In this document: positions 24,317 through 36,678 of the stretch, one piece after another
How the letters are laid out: every line of letters starts with the position of its first letter
Position numbering within the stretch: position 1 is the stretch's first letter
From: Styela clava
Lineage: Eukaryota
Direction of reading: 5' to 3'
DNA: 64,000 bases
NCBI RefSeq assembly: GCF_964204865.1
Contig: NC_135252.1
Coordinates: 8,308,001-8,372,000, forward strand
Position numbers and translations under genes: made by a program
Notes under the pieces: model-generated
Told to the model about the DNA's origin: nothing
Database searches by the model: none
What the model saw: the letters and a program-made list of their open reading frames with translations, nothing else

Positions 24317-27300
24317 TTATTTCAATGCTTTCTTCTTTTTAAAATTTGATCCTTTATCTTGTAGTTCGGAGAAAAACTTTTGTGAAGTTAATTTTCCATT
24401 GCTTTTTGTGGTCTGAAAAAGGAAAAAAAAAATGTTATGACCTGTGATACTTAGTATTTCGAACTTTTTTCACAAGTTAGCTGACAGGCAGATTCCATGC
24501 TGGGATTCCAATGTAATTTGAGAGTATTGTGGTGAGTATCATAATAGCAAGTTGATGGTTGTTAATTTTAAAACATGAAATATACCTTTATAATTGTGGT
24601 GTTACTTCCAGGAGCTTTTGCAGCTTTTTTCAGTTGATCAACCGCTTCCAAAGTCTTCACCTTATCACTGGTTGGATCCAATTTTTTCAACTTCTCCAAT
24701 CGTGCATTAGCACGTACCTGAAAGATTTATTTGCAATATATTATATTTATAGGCGACTCTACTGCTTAGATAAGTTCACTAGGCAAAGTAGTGGGCATTC
24801 ACTTGTGAACTTTTATTCATTTTCAAGTCAATTCTGAATTGTAAAGGATTTTTCTAGAATAAAACCTGTTAATAAATGTTAAAACTGATATTTGATAATC
24901 AAGATAATATTCATTGTCCAAAATTATTTACTGCTTTGGAGGTTGAAAAATTAAATACAGTGGGATAAATAAATTTCTCTAATCTTGAAAAACTGTACTT
25001 TGTTGCCATGACCTTTTATTACAGTCTTGAGTTTTCTTATTCTACTACCCAATCTATTTGGGTGATTAGCGAGCATATTTGCCTGTAACTATAATTTCGA
25101 ATTTCATGCAAACCAAAAATTTATTCATGGCACCGTAATACATTTTACATGATGTGACATATGATGCCATTGCCATAATATAGGTATTCTTCATGACAGT
25201 CCCAAACATGATAGGTTATAATGTGGCATCATACCAATAACTAGGCTTACCATATATCTGAAGCAAAAAACGTGCCAACCTTCGTTCGATTCCAGAGGCT
25301 TAGTAATAATTTAAACATTTTCCATACCATTGTGGGTAGATTACGGGCATTAAAATTAGCTGTTCACCCTATTAAAATATCCTCTATCGATCTTTGCTTC
25401 AAATAATGGAAAACGTTGAACTTGTTAGAAAACTTGCACTTTGTTTTCAGCATTTTGATGATTTAACGACAATACAGTTGGTTGTTGAATTAATGCCTGT
25501 TTCATACTTCATATCACAATTATGTTTATGACATAACAATTTTTCTCTCTATCTGAACTAGTGAAGTGAGACGCAAATCAGTGGTGAATCGGCTGCCTCC
25601 GTTAAAAACAATTTTGTGACAGTATTAAATGGAAAAGTTATTTATGACTGCCATACTGAAAACCGGAACATTTAGGAAAAACTTGCTGAAACCAGGACTG
25701 TCCCGGCTAAACCGGGACGTATAGTAAGCCTACCAATAACTCTGTTCATAGCGAAAGTCTTATAAATGTATTTTAGAATTCAGACAGAAAGCACAATACC
25801 TGCGAGCAATTTATTCCAAAATGAATATTTATTCAATTGGCACAAAAAGGAGTTTTGGCGTTGAGTATAAGTGGGGATAAATCAATGTACATTTTGAGGA
25901 TCGAACCATATATGCGCGAAAGAACAGAAAATGGCTCCAGTTTGTGTAAGAGTGGCTAAGAATGGTGACAAAAATGGCTACTTATCGGTCAGGTTCAGTA
26001 TACTGAAGATGATTGAATACTGTTAGCAAAAAAGAACAGCACTACAGTACTCAGAACATACCTTCATTCTTATTTTCTTTTTTCTCCTTTCACGCTTTTT
26101 GTCTGTTGATGATTTTTCCAATGTAGATTTTTCTTCTCCAGACTTGGATTTTGAAAATATTTCTTCTGGAGCTAGAATATTGGATTCTGCTTGTGTTACA
26201 GGCTGGACTTCTTCTTTTGCAATCGATGGCAGATTTGTAATTAACTTAATCTAGAAAAGAATGGTTTTTATAATTTGTTGACCATCATTACATTGGAATA
26301 TTTCATGAACAGCTGTGATGAACATGATTAAGATTGTTAGTCAGGAAAATGAAAGAAATCCAGACTAGGCCCGCAAAAAGGACTGGTACTCCTGTAGTAT
26401 GTGCAAGAAGATGGTAGACACCGGTACGTATTATTTGTATCAGGTTAGGGTTAGGCCCTAATTTCAGGTACAAATACTACGGGAGTCACTTGGCTAGTCC
26501 CCGAACTCGTAATAGAACTAAAATAAGGATTTGGAATAAAATTATGGCCTAACCCTAACCTGGTACACATGCTATGTTCAGGTGCCAGCCATCTTGTTGC
26601 ACATGCTCCGAGAGCCCCCAAGGACTGATATATGATCCATTCTAAGTTTCTAACAGTCAAAGTTAGCAAATATGTCTTGAATTAACGTAATTACCACATA
26701 GATAATAATAGAAAAACACCTCATTTACATTCAGAAGAAGACTTAAGACTTTAAAAGACTTAACAGACTTTATAATGAAATGTTTATGTTTCATACACAC
26801 ATACCTCTGGTTCAGGAGGAGGGGCGACAAAGTGGAAATTCGACAAGGCATCAAGTTTTCGGAACAAATCATCCATATCTTTTTTAATTTCATTATGTTC
26901 TTCATTTTCTTTTTCATCAACCTCCTTTCCTAATTTCTGTTTCTTTTCCATGTATTCCTTCTCGTAAATTTCACTGAGTGTTAGTTTTGATTGACTTGAA
27001 TCCAACACAATTCTTTTCTTGTATTCAGCAGGTTCAGCTGTCAATATAAATAGAGGATAGATTTTTTACTATAGTAACTTTCCCACTTCACTATAGTGAC
27101 ACAAATTTGGAATGTAGAACTAATTAGCATTTCGAGCTTTCGAAAATTAAAGTGCCTCACTGCATATAGATGGATGCTTACCGAATGCATCGCTAAGAGC
27201 CAAGATGCGTTGGAATTACATACCAAGAACTAGAGCTCGACCGATATCACTTTTTGGCACCGATACCGATAACGATATATCGGCCAACTAGTGACCGATA

Positions 27301-30300
27301 ACCGATATCGACATACCGATATCTACAACCTGAACCCGCAGTAAATACAAATAGAACAAAAAAAAATTCAGTTTCAGTCAATCAAAAGTTTATGTTGAAA
27401 AATAAAGCAGTCCTACAAAGTGCTTGCATCATTGATAAAAGTTTCACAGCAATTAATAAGAACACACATTAATGCACAAAACAGAAGGCAAAGTTTGAAA
27501 AAACCAAGCACAAGAGAAAAAGGGCAATCAGTAAAAAGCTTATAGAAGTCCATTTTGATCCATACAGTAGTAGGTGGGGACTAGGCTTGCACGTAATTTA
27601 GGGAATTACGTAATTCTTTCGAGTTACGGCAAGGAAGTTACAAATTACGTAAAGTCGCCACCCCGTTTGAGTGTTTGGTTTCACGATCAAAACGATATTA
27701 TTATGAGCGTTATCACCGTAACGCAATTAACACCGACAGACTTTTTTGTCTTCACGATTTGGTATCTTTTTTATTCCGCGCTGATAACGATAAATAGGAA
27801 TGTGTGATAGTTGATTGTAATTCCGGAAGGTGTATTTATCTCTCCGTGAAACAGAAATTAAACGAATTTTACCGCCGCTATGGAGCAAAGGGAGAGAAGG
27901 CTACTTTCTTTTCCCGACTCAATCACTTTTATTAATACAAATTACAGCACATTAAAAAACAAAATAGAATTTATTATCATTAATTTACAACGAGTTACGA
28001 GTAAGAATTTACCGCCGGCTAAATAATTATTATGTGATCTAAATTTATCGCAAATGTTATAACATTTAGGCCGCGAAAGGATTTGATATAAAATGAAGCT
28101 TGGTAATCGGAATATCGTCAATAATTCAGCATCAATAATTTTTGCAAAATGCTAACTAGGTAGCAAAGTCGGATAATGTAAAAAACAGATCAATAACAGG
28201 TCTTCGTTGCGAGGCAAGCGCAGGTATAATCAAACGAAAGAATACGCTCGTCGTTGATTAATAACTTGGAAACCCGAAATTTTTATTCAATACGAAAGTC
28301 GATTTTAAAAAAGGCAACTATTGTTTCATAAATATCCGTATACCAGTGTTGGTAATGATAAAATTGATCGCATAAAATTGGGACGGTTAATTTGCGAAAG
28401 TGATAAAGGAAAATCAAATCAAAAGATAAAAATCAGAATAAATTTAATTTGAATTCACTCCTTGGTATTTGTCTTTAACATCTGTCGCCGGCGTGTAGTA
28501 CTGTCGGTGATATGAAAACCAAACTTCGATGTCCCATTTGGAAAAGAAGTGGATTCAATTGGTTGTTATGATAGGTTTAAATGCGTGAAAAAATATCGCA
28601 ATTACGGGGTCATTACGTAATCGATTTTTTTCCGTAATTACGGAATTGATTTTTGTCGATTACGTGCAAGTCTAGTGGGGACGCAAGATATTCGAAGGCG
28701 AGGATTTTGCGCCGCACGAAGAGATAAAAGAGAGAACTCTCTGTTCATTGAGAGGCAAAATGAGAGAAGCGAAAAAAAGAAAAAGCTCGGCCGCAGATAT
28801 TTCCCGGGGGACTCATTTTTTAGAACGTGGAAAAGCGACTAACGCTGATATATATCGGCAAACACGCAATATCGGCCCGATATATCGGTTGGCCGATATA
28901 TCGGTAGAGCTCTCAAGAACTATAATATGGATACTTAAAACAATTTTACACCATTTATAATAGGTTCTTGATTATTCAAATTGTTTATATAAATAATAAT
29001 ACATCTAAGCATTTGGATATGCCATTTCATGATCTTGAAATGGTAATTGTATGCTTTGGATAATTTAATTATGGCCATAATACAATACAGATACCTAGGT
29101 AAATACAATAGAGAACATCTAAAACAAGTTGGAAACAAATTGAATTTTTTCGAAAGTAGAGTATTTTTTTTTATTAGTAGTTACCATCAGGTTTATATTT
29201 TCTCTCAATGTCATCCCAAGCACAATCCATGATTCGTTGTTTGATCAAACTTTCAAGATCTTTAGTGTGTTCTTCTGTTATATCAATAGGAGGTCGAGCA
29301 ACATGATCGAATTGAACCATTTCTTGCAGTAAACTATTTTCTGGTCTTGATGCAGCTTTGACTTCCCCTGTATCGCAAAATAATAAGATCAATAAATTAT
29401 GTAACTGAAATGAATATTTCACCAATCTAACTTAAGATGTCATAATCACAGATAATCAAGTAACAGTTGGTAAGAAAAAGTCAGCTAGAGCTCTCTTTAC
29501 GATACAAGCTTAGAAAAATGCACATAACGCATTCACCTAAAAATAGCTGACCACTAAAATGGAGGCCAGGGTTAGCTAAAACAAACTCCCAGTACTTCAC
29601 ATTCCAAATGGGTTCTTATTAAGGAATACTCGGTGCTAATTTGGTATATGATCTCAGTGATTTTAGTTGAAGTTAGAAACTGAATTCTATGAGAATTTCT
29701 TTATGAGACTGACCAAAAAGGCACCATGATTAGTGCTGTGCGTTAAGCAAGTGAGATTTGCATACCAAAGTGGACAGAATATTCTTTATTATAGAATGAA
29801 TAAAACAGTTTACCAGTCATTTGCCACTCTGCAGGTGCCAATGCTCTTTCCTCTAGTATTCCAATTTTCTGTGATATTTGTTTCTGATGCTTTTCAAAAT
29901 GAGATTGTTTTTGATCTTGTGCATTGTTTCTATCATCAATTTCAGTCTCAGAAATATTTTCATTTCTATTTTTTATTGAACTAATAGGTTCATCAAAATA
30001 ATCAGAATATTTCAAGTTTCTTGATGATTTAATCTTGCTTGAATATTCTTCATTCTCATCTTCAGATGAGGAAATGCCATCAGATGGAATATCTTCAAAA
30101 TAGTCTATGTCGCCCTCTACCGGCTTCTTTTGTTCTAATTCATATTTTCGATCTTCGTCTTCTAAGAATTTTTCCATTTTACGCAGACTGAAAAAATCAT
30201 CGTCCACTTCAGTCTGCTCCGTTACTACATCATGTTGATTGAAGTCTTCTTCTTCTTCTTCAGTTTCTTCGTCATCTCCTTCACTTTCTTCAAAATGGAA

Positions 30301-31173
30301 TCCTTCCACGTCGCTTTCCGCTAAATATATTCAATTTTGATTGTTAAATTTTCTTGATATCAGTTTGACTTTTAATACAGTTACAAATAAGAATTTGAAC
30401 AACATTGAGATGAAAACCAAAGGTGAGCCTAGCACTATAACTGTTTGCAGTGGTCTCTGGCAACCTTTATAATCATGATCTCTCAATTTTAAGTTTGGTC
30501 TTTGCTTGGGACTTATATTATAGAAAATATACATCGAACCCCTCTCAAACAAATGCATATTTCAATATCTTCCAGCTGTACAAATTAGAATTATGGAGAA
30601 TATTTTGTGCTGGACAACAGAATATAATAAAATCATACCTCCACTAGTCATGTATAGTAAATAGTATTGTAATCATTGATATTAAAAATATAAATTACCT
30701 GATGAATCAGTATTGTATTATATATATATAGGCTACAAAGTAAAAAGTGTAAAACGAATAAAAATAATGAACCAATCACCTTCTGGTTCCGCTTCTCCTT
30801 CAACAGGTTCTAATTCTGACAAATCATCATCTTCATCACCCGTTTCATCATCACTTTCATGTTTCTTTAACATGAACTGGGAAATGTCCTGAGAATTAAA
30901 ATATTCGGCTGCTTTAAGACAAGTTGCAGCTTCCTTCTTATTGAAAAGTTCAATTTCTTGCCAAATCTGCTCATGATCAAAACCTTCAATGATAAGTTTT
31001 GGTATTGGACCTGATCGTGATGAAATTGCTGATGATTTATTAGAATCATAAATCGTCTTTGATAATAATTTAAAATTGTCTGACACTTCTGTACATCCTT
31101 CCAAAAATGGCAAAGGTGAGGATACGAATTGCTCAAAGTTTGATTTCAATTTTGTGAAAAAGTGTTCATCCAT
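24317..31173 (-). CDS. MPHOSPH10: U3 snoRNP protein Mpp10. Exons ~31173-30780, 30320-29814, 29367-29185, 27037-26805, 26250-26062, 24717-24586, 24412-24317
   Basis: LIIEGFDHEQIWQEIEL, VDDDFFSLRKMEKFLE, SHFEKHQ, WQMTGEV..ASRPENSLL, IKQRI...WDDIERK, SKLTLSEIYEKEY, LFRKLDALSNFHF, NLPSIAKEEVQP, LAPEEIF and LTSQKFFSELQD. Phases are consistent. Confidence 0.95.
26388..26612. mobile_element. Foldback/MITE-like element with telomere-like TTAGGG arms
   Basis: Inverted arms atgtgcaagaagatgg / ccatcttgttgcacat and caggttagggttaggcc / ggcctaaccctaacctg. A related half-copy lies at ~55950-56010. Confidence 0.65.
27232..28913. mobile_element. Non-autonomous hAT DNA transposon (outer element, interrupted by a nested insertion)
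   Basis: TIRs agagctcgaccgatat / atatcggtagagctct (1 mismatch), ccgata subterminal repeats, and flanking direct repeat caagaact (27224-27231, 28914-28921). Confidence 0.85.
27582..28674. mobile_element. Nested non-autonomous hAT element
   Basis: TIRs taggcttgcacgtaat / attacgtgcaagtcta, perfect 8-bp TSD gtggggac (27574-27581, 28675-28682), and attacg subterminal repeats. Confidence 0.9.
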
Positions 31174-32635
31174 GATTGAGTTTGAACTTCAACTAATGCT
31201 GTATTTAATTTCCTAAACTCTACAACTCATCTAATAAAACTGAAAAGTTATGCAAAATATATTAAGTAGAACATATTACAGTATTAGTCTATATGCTATA
31301 CGGAAATTTCACAGTAACGTGGAATGAAGTATTGGAGCATTATCATTCTAGTGTGAGGCTAAATTTCTGCAATATAGGTCTATGCAAGTATTGCTAATAT
31401 ATTGGCTTACGATCCAGAAGTATTGTTAAAATATTCACGAAAAGCTTTGTGATATCAACATACACTTGTATATCAGTATATACGTAAGTTTATTTCGACT
31501 CCATAATCAGCATAACAGGCCATAAAGTGATTGATAAAAACAAATAAATAAAAACTGATTTATGAAATCCGGACTTGTACACCATTTAACTCAACTTTTT
31601 TGAATACTAGATTATACCATATATCTATATATTGTAGCTATTGATAACATTAATATGCCTTCTCGAACAGATTCAGATTCAGATTCAGATTCAGATATTT
31701 TATTTCTATCATGCAAGAATTAACACAAAATTTAAAGCACGAAAAATTGACAAACGTGTATAATGACAATCGTAAAAAATTAAATATACACATCAGAATT
31801 CATACAAGTGAGAGATTCATAGCAATAGATAAGGAGTCGCGAAAGACTGTGACAGTCATCGAGTCAACGACACCTGTGGGCTGGAGATTTAGAGGGAATG
31901 ACAAAAAAAAATTATACAAATTTAATTAATCATAATTAACAGAGAAACAAAATACCACCAGAGTAATAATACACGCGACAGCGCCCTCGTGGGGTTCAAC
32001 TGTGCGTTCATGGACCGTAACAAGAAATGAATGAAGCTCGTTGCTAGCAGCGATCAAAAGCTGGTTGTTGTAGCCTACTGAGGCATATTGGATACGAAAC
32101 GTAAGGACCATTTTATTAGTGGAGTAGGATCACACAAAAAATAACTGGATATGGTAACAGCAAGATTTCAAGTAAATCGGAATTTGTACGGAACAATATC
32201 CCATCACAGTACCGGTAACAGGGCGAGGCATCAAGACCGGAAGGGTGCCGTACGTTACGGAGACTAGCCTACCGTATATGAACGTCTATATACTGATATA
32301 ACCAATACGCCAGGAAAGGAAATCATATTATTTGAAAAGCTGACGGATCATCACCCAAAGTATTTTAAAGGATTTTATCGTACCGGTCCCTACATGCAAA
32401 CATGCCTAAGGTCATTGTGTGAGATTCAAACGTCGTTTGCCACAGGACAAATCCTCTATTGGCACACAAATACGCCAACACTCTCAGGTTATTTATCTCA
32501 GTTGATTCGGTGTATGGTATGTCTTTCATGCGCACGCTTCAAGGGGTCATGACCCTGGAAAGTACCAAAATTAGTTTTCTCGTTTAAGCATATTGTGGTT
32601 GAAAGGTTGGTGTTTGGGTTCGCCGAAGTTTGATT

Positions 32636-34828
32636 ATGGGTGAAGAGGAAGATGAACCATCGCCTAAATTAGCTAAGATTGATGTGGAGCTACATCCTTT
32701 CCATCGATTGAAAAATCCAGTCGTCCTAAATGAAGTAAAGGAAAAGAAACTTGTATTTCTCCATGGAAAAGTTGGAGAAGACAACAAAGACGCAGGTTAA
32801 TTTTATTTTCAACATTTACATTTCATGGCTTAATTAACTTTATGGTTTATGTGTAACGCAATAAAAGGCACTCCAAAATACCTTATAACAATCACCTTTT
32901 AAACATTTTTCAATTTATTTAAAAGAGCAATTTATCTTCTTATTTTCTAGTTGTAATATTGGAAAAAAGGCCTTTTGACACATCACCAAAGGGCTTGAAA
33001 TCTCTATTTTCCGAAGAAACAAAGCTCCGCCAAGATTTATTAAATGATATCTACAGTACATATGCAGCAGTACCCACTTCACCGCACACAGAAATTAAGG
33101 TAGTCTACTTTAAAAATGCGATTTCATCTTTGCCTGATGACCACTTCAACCTTTTTTTAATGGTGGTGTTGAGAGCAAGGATAGAGCATTCAAATAAAAG
33201 TAAACTTTCAAAAGGGAGTTTGAATGAACTTGACAATTTGAATGGTTTGGGATATGAAATGTATTTAACGAGTTATATGTTCGAAATTGAGTGCTTTGAA
33301 GTAATGTACTATTAATAATAATTGAAATCATAAAATGATATTTTTTTGTTTTTTGCTTCTGTCAATTATTATTATTCTCATCTGTTAATTTTAGACAACT
33401 GTGATATATCCAGCAACCACAAAGCACATAGAAAAATACACAAAGCAAGAAGTTGAAGTAATAGAGGAAACTGGCGATGACTACAAGCAAATCACACTGC
33501 CATATTTGAAAGAAGAAAATCGATTCAGTGTGCAAGTATGATTAAAAGCATATGAAAACAAAATTATAGGTTTCATTCAGAATTGACAATACCATAGAGC
33601 AGGTGTGTGCAACCTTTAATACAGGAGAGGCACATTCAAATAACTGGGAGAATCCGTGGGCCACACCTTTATATAACATAATCTTTAATTAATGGCAAGC
33701 ACAACAAATTATTTATGACAGGCATTGTTTGCTTTGCACAAGTATAGTTTTGCATGCAACTTATATGAGAAAAGTATGTTGTACATAAATCGTAAATAGC
33801 AGTTGGAAAATAATTTTTCTTTTTATATATCACCTATGTAGAACAATTGCAATAGTCTGATCTTTTTACTTTTATATAAAAAAGTATGTTTTTATATTTC
33901 AGAAATAATAATATTACATAATATTCCCATCTATTTATGGTATGTTTTTTTCACAGTGGGTTTTCAACATTCTGGATAAGAAAAGCGAATCCGAAAGGAT
34001 TGTATTTGAAGATCCTGATCCTGAAATAGGATTCATTCTTCTCCCCGATATGAAATGGGACCTGAAAGACATAGAATCATTATATCTGATGGGTATGCAA
34101 AATTTTCCTTGTTTTTGTTTGATCCTCACAATCCTTGAAATTTAATATTTTGTGTAGCCAATTTTAGAGAATAATTTGTATATTCATTGCTTCTGATGGC
34201 TGCCATATGCCACAGTGGGATTTTCTAATGGTTATCACATATGGCTTATTTATGCTGGTATTTTAAGGATTAACATCCCAAATAACAGAAGCTTCTTATA
34301 TGGTGCATCACATATTTTTTCTTCCCAGCTCTTGTTCACAGACATGATTTAAAGTCACTTCGTGATTTGAATAAAGATCATTTACCACTACTGAAGAACA
34401 TAAAGCAACGTGGAGAGGTGACAATTTTGTTTTGGAAATCAATTGAAGCTTATTAATAGAACAAGACTTAAGGACGATTTTTCTTTTACGTAGGATGCAA
34501 TACAGGAAAAGTATGGAGTGAAGAAACACAAGTTAAGAATATATTTCCATTATCAACCATCTTACTACCACCTCCATATACATTTCACAAACATCGCCTT
34601 TGATGCTCCAGGTAACTAAACACAATCTCAATATACACCTAACAACATTCATCTTCTGTTTCTTTCTAATGTTATTCATTTTCAGGATCGTCTGTAACCA
34701 GAGCTCATTTACTGACGGATGTCATTGAAAATATTGAATTCATGAGCGATTATTACCAGAAAAAAACCATGACATTCGTTGGGAAGAGAGATGATAAGCT
34801 TGTTACGGCTTTGCGAAAGACGCCATAA
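32636..34828 (+). CDS. DCPS: m7GpppX scavenger decapping enzyme. Exons ~32636-32795, 32951-33099, 33395-33535, 33957-34092, 34329-34611, 34686-34828
   Basis: DAVVILEKRPF, NDIYSTY, TTVIYPATTKHIEKY, WVFNILDKKSESERIVFEDPDPEIGFILLPDMKWD, KSLRDL, and the HIT motif HYQPSYYHLHIHF. Confidence 0.96.
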
Positions 34829-35012
34829 CAGAATGAAAAGCCATTTGGTTATCTCAGCCTTGACCGATTATCCCAAAGTCAAGACAAAAAGGTGTATAAT
34901 GCTTTTGGCATTCATTTTTAACCACAAGATCTCAAGGATTGACGAAATCACAGAAACTGCTATCTACAACTTTGTGTTTTATCCCAGAAGACTTAAGACA
35001 TGAAATATTTTG

Positions 35013-35028
35013 AAATAAAATTTTATTT
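35013..35028. terminator. Palindromic bidirectional poly(A) signal between the convergent DCPS and Tau/MAP genes
   Basis: aaataaaattttattt is a perfect palindrome giving AATAAA on both strands, about 185 nt after the DCPS stop. Confidence 0.5.
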
Positions 35029-36678
35029 TGCAACAATAGCAGGTCATCTACAAATCGAACAATGCTGATACCCTTAAACATTAAAAAGTAAAGTATTACA
35101 AGATCTAAAATACTAATAAAACAAGTCTTTTATGATGACCAGCAGCAGTAATTCAATTTTTTGTGTATGTGCAATTTTCCCTACATCTGATTGACATTTG
35201 GGTTACAAAAATATTTAGACACCTTGAGAATATAAATGGCAAAGTAAGCAATCTATTTCATGTTCTTCAGCAATAATTCACCATGGAATGAAGATGAGCA
35301 ATATTACATAAATTTGTTGACGATTTATTAACACCATATGGGGGGGAATCTTACTAAAAAAAATAAAAAGCCAATCATATCGTAGTTTATGTATGGAAAG
35401 TTGAAATAAAAATTCACACTACAAGAATGTGACGTAATTTGAGATAGCGTATTTTAGAGTGGGACATCTTATTGAGTAGCTACGCTCATTTTTTCTAGGG
35501 TCTGTCAAGCATGATTTGTGTTTTATATTCCAAGCCGAAGGGTCTGCCGATCACAGCTACTGTGAATTGATTATGTACTCACATGTAATATATCTCTTTT
35601 TTTTTTTTTAAAACTTACTTAAAAATTAAAAGGCTACGCCAAGATGAAGTGATTTGTTCTGCCCATTCAGGGATGAAATGACACCAGACTGCACAGCTCA
35701 GCTGTTAACTAACCCATTAACGTACAATGCAGTACTTATCACATGTCAATTCTGTGAGTGTGCTGAACTGACCAACTGAGAAACAATTTTTTTGCCCTCC
35801 CTTATTGGATGGTTATATACTGAAACGGATAGACTCATTTGCTAGGGAATGCGGTATTTTTCACATTTGGACAGTTACCAATAAGTCTATGAATACAATA
35901 TAAGCATTCATTGAACAATGCTTCGTGTCACAAGCTTAACGGACCCAAAATTTCCCACATATTACATGTACTACAAGTATTCCTAATATGACATATATGG
36001 AACAAAAAGAAAACAAATAAATTTCGACACTAAAATAACAAGAAGTAGAGACAATCACCACAATGTTGAAATACTTGTGCAATTCCTGAGCAGCAGTATG
36101 ATTAAACAAGTTTATGTATCATGCGTGTTAGTTGTATACAGATATTCATATGATTTTGTGACATAAATTGAAGGCAAGTGTACGGATCTGATGAAAGTTG
36201 AGATGTTGGGCTTAAGCACATCAATTCTAGTTCTGATATTAAAATATTCAGCTAGTAGGGTTTACGATTTATTATTTGTTCTCAGTAACCACAAAATTCT
36301 CTATTTGAATCATTGTTGCTGGGCAGTCAGCTTCCCGCAAAAATGTCAAAACGTTGTTATGCAAGAATCAGCTGATGCGAGTAAATGAATTACAGAACCT
36401 GAGTTCTGATAGTGGGAGAACAGAACAAAATTAGTTGAGCACCGATTTATATCATAAAGAACAAGCAAATTTTATAAATCTATCATGTCTCTTTCCCAGC
36501 AAAAGTAACAAAAACACATTTACAGCTTAAAAAATCAGTAATTGGTACCATAATAAAATTGCAAAAACTTCAAACAAATAATTGAAATCTGTCATATCAA
36601 AACATGTTTCATGCTATTGTACATCTCTTTCTTGTACCTCCTCCAGTTTTGTAAAAAATACTTCTTAACGCCCAAAGA

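Noticed and set aside
25660-25735. Isolated transposon-end-like motifs (also ~3120-3185, 16001-16120, 33597-33665, 42770-42800, 43580-43620)
   Set aside because: No confidently paired TIR or TSD was found; probably old MITE remnants.
31670-31930. (gattca)4 microsatellite with adjacent sequence, possibly a retroelement 3' end
   Set aside because: Single copy in the window and no coding remnant, so it cannot be classified.
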